Below, piece after piece: positions 48,924-51,474 of a stretch of 51,474 bases of DNA. The stretch spans positions 1 through 51,474 of the forward strand of contig NW_024705366.1 in the NCBI RefSeq assembly GCF_018977255.1. The letters are read 5' to 3'. Both the position numbers and the translations under genes were made by a program. Origin of the DNA: Callorhinchus milii (taxonomy: Eukaryota). Each line of letters begins with the position of its first letter. The first letter of the stretch is position 1. Under the pieces are notes generated by a model. It worked only from the letters and a program-made list of their open reading frames with translations. It was not told the origin of the DNA and ran no database searches.

Positions 48924-49180
48924 CTGTCCACGAAGCTGCGCGACGGCCCGTCGACGGCCACGTGCCCGTGCGGGTGGAACGGCGGCGAGCGGGACAGCTT
49001 GTAGGAGAGCGGGCGGCAGCGGGAGCAGCGCCCGTCGCCTGGGGCCGAGCGCAGCAGCGCGGCGTCCACCTCCAGCCGCTCGTCCGCCGTGTGGATGCGC
49101 ACCGACTCCACCGGCGCCAGCAGCCAGTCCAGGCGCACCGTCAGCGGCACGTCGCAAAACACCGTCTGGGGTCCCAGCGA
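48924..49180 (-). CDS. PAPPA: Pappalysin exon (SLGPQTVFCDVPLTVRL...LEVDAALLRS...CSRCRPLSYKLSRSPPF...RSFVD)
   Basis: Aligns with human SLGPQNVFCDVPLTIRL...LEIDAAMLTS...CLQCKPLKYKVVRDPP...RKFVD. CAG acceptor at 49181-49182. Confidence 0.93.
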
Positions 49181-49210
49181 CTGGCGGGGCGCAAGCGGGT
49201 TCACGGTGCG

Positions 49211-50488
49211 GGGTGTGGTGGTGGTGGTGGGGTGGGGTGGTGGTGGGGGTGGTGGTGGTGGGGGTGGTGGTGGGTGGTGGTGGGGGTGGGGTGGTGGTGG
49301 TGGTGGGGTGGTGGTGGTGGTGGGGTGGTGGTGGGGGGTGGTGGGGGGTGGTGGTGGTGGGGTGGTGGTGGGGGGTGGTGGTGGTGGGGTGGGGGGTGGT
49401 GGGTGGTGGTGGTGGGGGTGGTGGTGGGGGTGGTGGTGGGGTGGTGGTGGGGTGGTGGTGGGTGGTGGTGGGGTGGTGGGGGTGGTGGTGGTGGGGTGGT
49501 GGGGGTGGTGGGGGTGGTGGGGTGGTGGTGGTGGGGGGTGGTGGGGGTGGTGGTGGTGGTGGGGTGGTGGGGGTGGTGGGGTGGTGGTGGGGGGTGGTGG
49601 TGGGGTGGTGGTGGGGGTGGTGGGGTGGTGGTGGGGTGGTGGGGGGTGGTGGTGGGGTGGTGGGGGGTGGTGGGGTGGTGGGGGTGGTGGGTGGTGGTGG
49701 GGTGGTGGGGGTGGTGGGGTGGTGGTGGTGGTGGGTGGTGGGGGTGGTGGTGGGGGTGGTGGGGTGGTGGGGGTGGTGGGGGTGGTGGTGGGGGTGGTGG
49801 GGTGGTGGGGGTGGTGGGTGGGGGTGGTGGGTGGTGGGGGTGGTGGGGGGTGGTGGGGGTGGTGGGGTGGTGGGGTGGTGGGGGTGGTGGGGGGTGGTGG
49901 TGGTGGTGGGGGGTGGTGGGGGTGGTGGGGGTGGTGGGGTGGTGGGGTGGTGGTGGGGTGGTGGTGGGGGGTGGTGGGGGTGGTGGTGGGGGGTGGTGGG
50001 GTGGTGGAGGTGGTGGGGTGGTGGGGGTGGTGGGGGTGGTGGGGTGGTGGGTGGGTGGTGGTGGGTGGGGTGGTGGGGGTGGTGGTGGGGGGTGGTGGGT
50101 GGGGGTGGTGGGTGGGTGGTGGGTGGTGGGGGTGGTGGGGGGTGGTGGTGGGGGGTGGGTGGTGGGGGTGGTGGGGTGGGTGGTGGTGGGGGTGGTGGTG
50201 GTGGTGGGTGGTGGTGGGGTGGGGTGGTGGTGGGTGGGGTGGTGGTGGGTGGGGGTGGTGGTGGGGGTGGTGGGGTGGTGGGTGGTGTGGTGGTGGGGTG
50301 TGGTGGGGTGGGGGTGGGGTGGTGGGGTGGTGGGGGTGGTGGGGTGGTGGTTGTGGTGGGGTGGTGGGGTGGTGGGTGGTGGTGGTGGTGGTGAGTGGTG
50401 GGTGGTGGTGGGGTGGGGGTGGTGGGGTGGTGGGGTGGTGGTGGTGGGGTGGGGTGGTGGTGGGGGTGGGGTGGTGGTGGGGGTGGGT
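49211..50488 (+). repeat. ~1.3-kb (GGT/GGGGT)n G-rich low-complexity repeat
   Basis: Direct reading. The 550-700 aa ORFs across it are repeat translations. Confidence 0.97.
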
Positions 50489-51077
50489 CAGGATAGAGTT
50501 GCGGAAGCGAGGCGGCATCTCGTGGCGACGACGTGTAATCTTCCTCTCTCGTTCGGCGGGTGTCGACGCGGAGCAACGACGACAATCTCACACGTGCGGG
50601 TGGTCGGGCCAGACAACTGCGCGAGGAGCGGCGGAGTGCATCGCCGCGGTGCCTTCTTCGTATTTGCGGATGCGCAATTGCATCGCTACGCGTTGTACGG
50701 TCTCTGTTCTGGATGACCAGTCGCACGTGACTCCAGATATTTAAAAGTTTCCATTTGTGCATCAGGTATCCGCACCCGCCATGCCGTTACGTGTAATTTA
50801 AATCTGTCATACAGTCCACGCGAGTACTTGCCGAGGAGTGTATAAATGACACACCTCGGAGTGTGATTAGTAATTATTTTTTTCTGCGCTTGCTTGCCAA
50901 TGAATGCTGTTAATCCTGCATAATGCACATGCATATGCAGTACTAATCACATTCCTGCATTTCCCATAAATATGCTAAATTCCTCTTAATATGCAAATTC
51001 CTTTGTCAATGCGCCCAGCTTATATATATGCTCCAAGCTCGTGTGCTGTTTCATTCAGACTCTGTCGCCTCGACGGA

Positions 51078-51250
51078 CCTGGTTTTCACCTGAGGACGGC
51101 TGCTTGCGTTGTGGCCGAAACGTCGTGAGAATAATTTTATTATGTTTTTTTTTTTTATTTTTTATTATTTTATTACTTCCCTTCTACGTGACTTTACCGA
51201 AAGAACCAAGAAGATGAATCCCTGCAGTCACGAAAGCTTTAAATCAAAAT
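51078..51250 (+). mobile_element. Penelope-like pseudo-LTR with intact hammerhead (51086-51128)
   Basis: TCACCTGAGGACGGCTGCTTGCGTTGTGGCCGAAACGTCGTGA is identical to 9154-9196. Confidence 0.83.
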
Positions 51251-51474
51251 TTAGTCCCAAGACTGTTTGAAGAGGGTCCTGCCAGGTTTTATCGTGGTTG
51301 CGGCCGATGCCACCACATGCAGCCCCACGAATGAGTAAGTTGCCGGCAGCTTTCAGCATTGGGATGTTTGACCAATGCCAGTGACACGGTGTGTTTGTTT
51401 AGCTGTGGAATGATCGTGGGAGAACTCAGAGGAAACCCACACTGAACAGGGGGAGAGAATGTACAAACTCCACG

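Noticed and set aside
48663..50762. 550-700 aa Pro/His/Thr- or Gly/Val/Trp-rich ORFs
   Set aside because: These are translations of a stop-free (GGT)n repeat. Only 48924-49180 is real coding sequence.

Overview
Repeat-rich vertebrate genomic DNA. The GC-rich exons, dense microsatellites and SINE/LINE/Penelope content suggest a lamprey-type genome (inference). The minus strand carries the 3' half of a pappalysin (PAPPA/PAPPA2-family) gene, with 11 recognisable exons from 49180 down to the stop at 22973. It appears to lack the equivalents of mammalian exons 9-13, and one sushi exon is degenerate. Further down the minus strand is a putative orphan gene with a Gly/Trp-rich duplicated-module exon. 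Mobile DNA includes a Gypsy-type 5' LTR with PBS and gag at the left edge, and four copies of a young RTE-type LINE, all sitting in TG-rich microsatellites. There are also several tRNA-derived SINEs, a hAT MITE with an 8-bp TSD, and many Penelope-like pseudo-LTRs carrying minimal hammerhead ribozymes, plus a GIY-YIG remnant. A ~4.2 kb block right after the N gap (about 3832-8030) looks statistically random and unlike the rest of the window. I could read no biology in it and regard it as probably scrambled, artificial or foreign. I found no convincing novel multi-gene system. All comparisons to known proteins and elements are from memory, not database searches.
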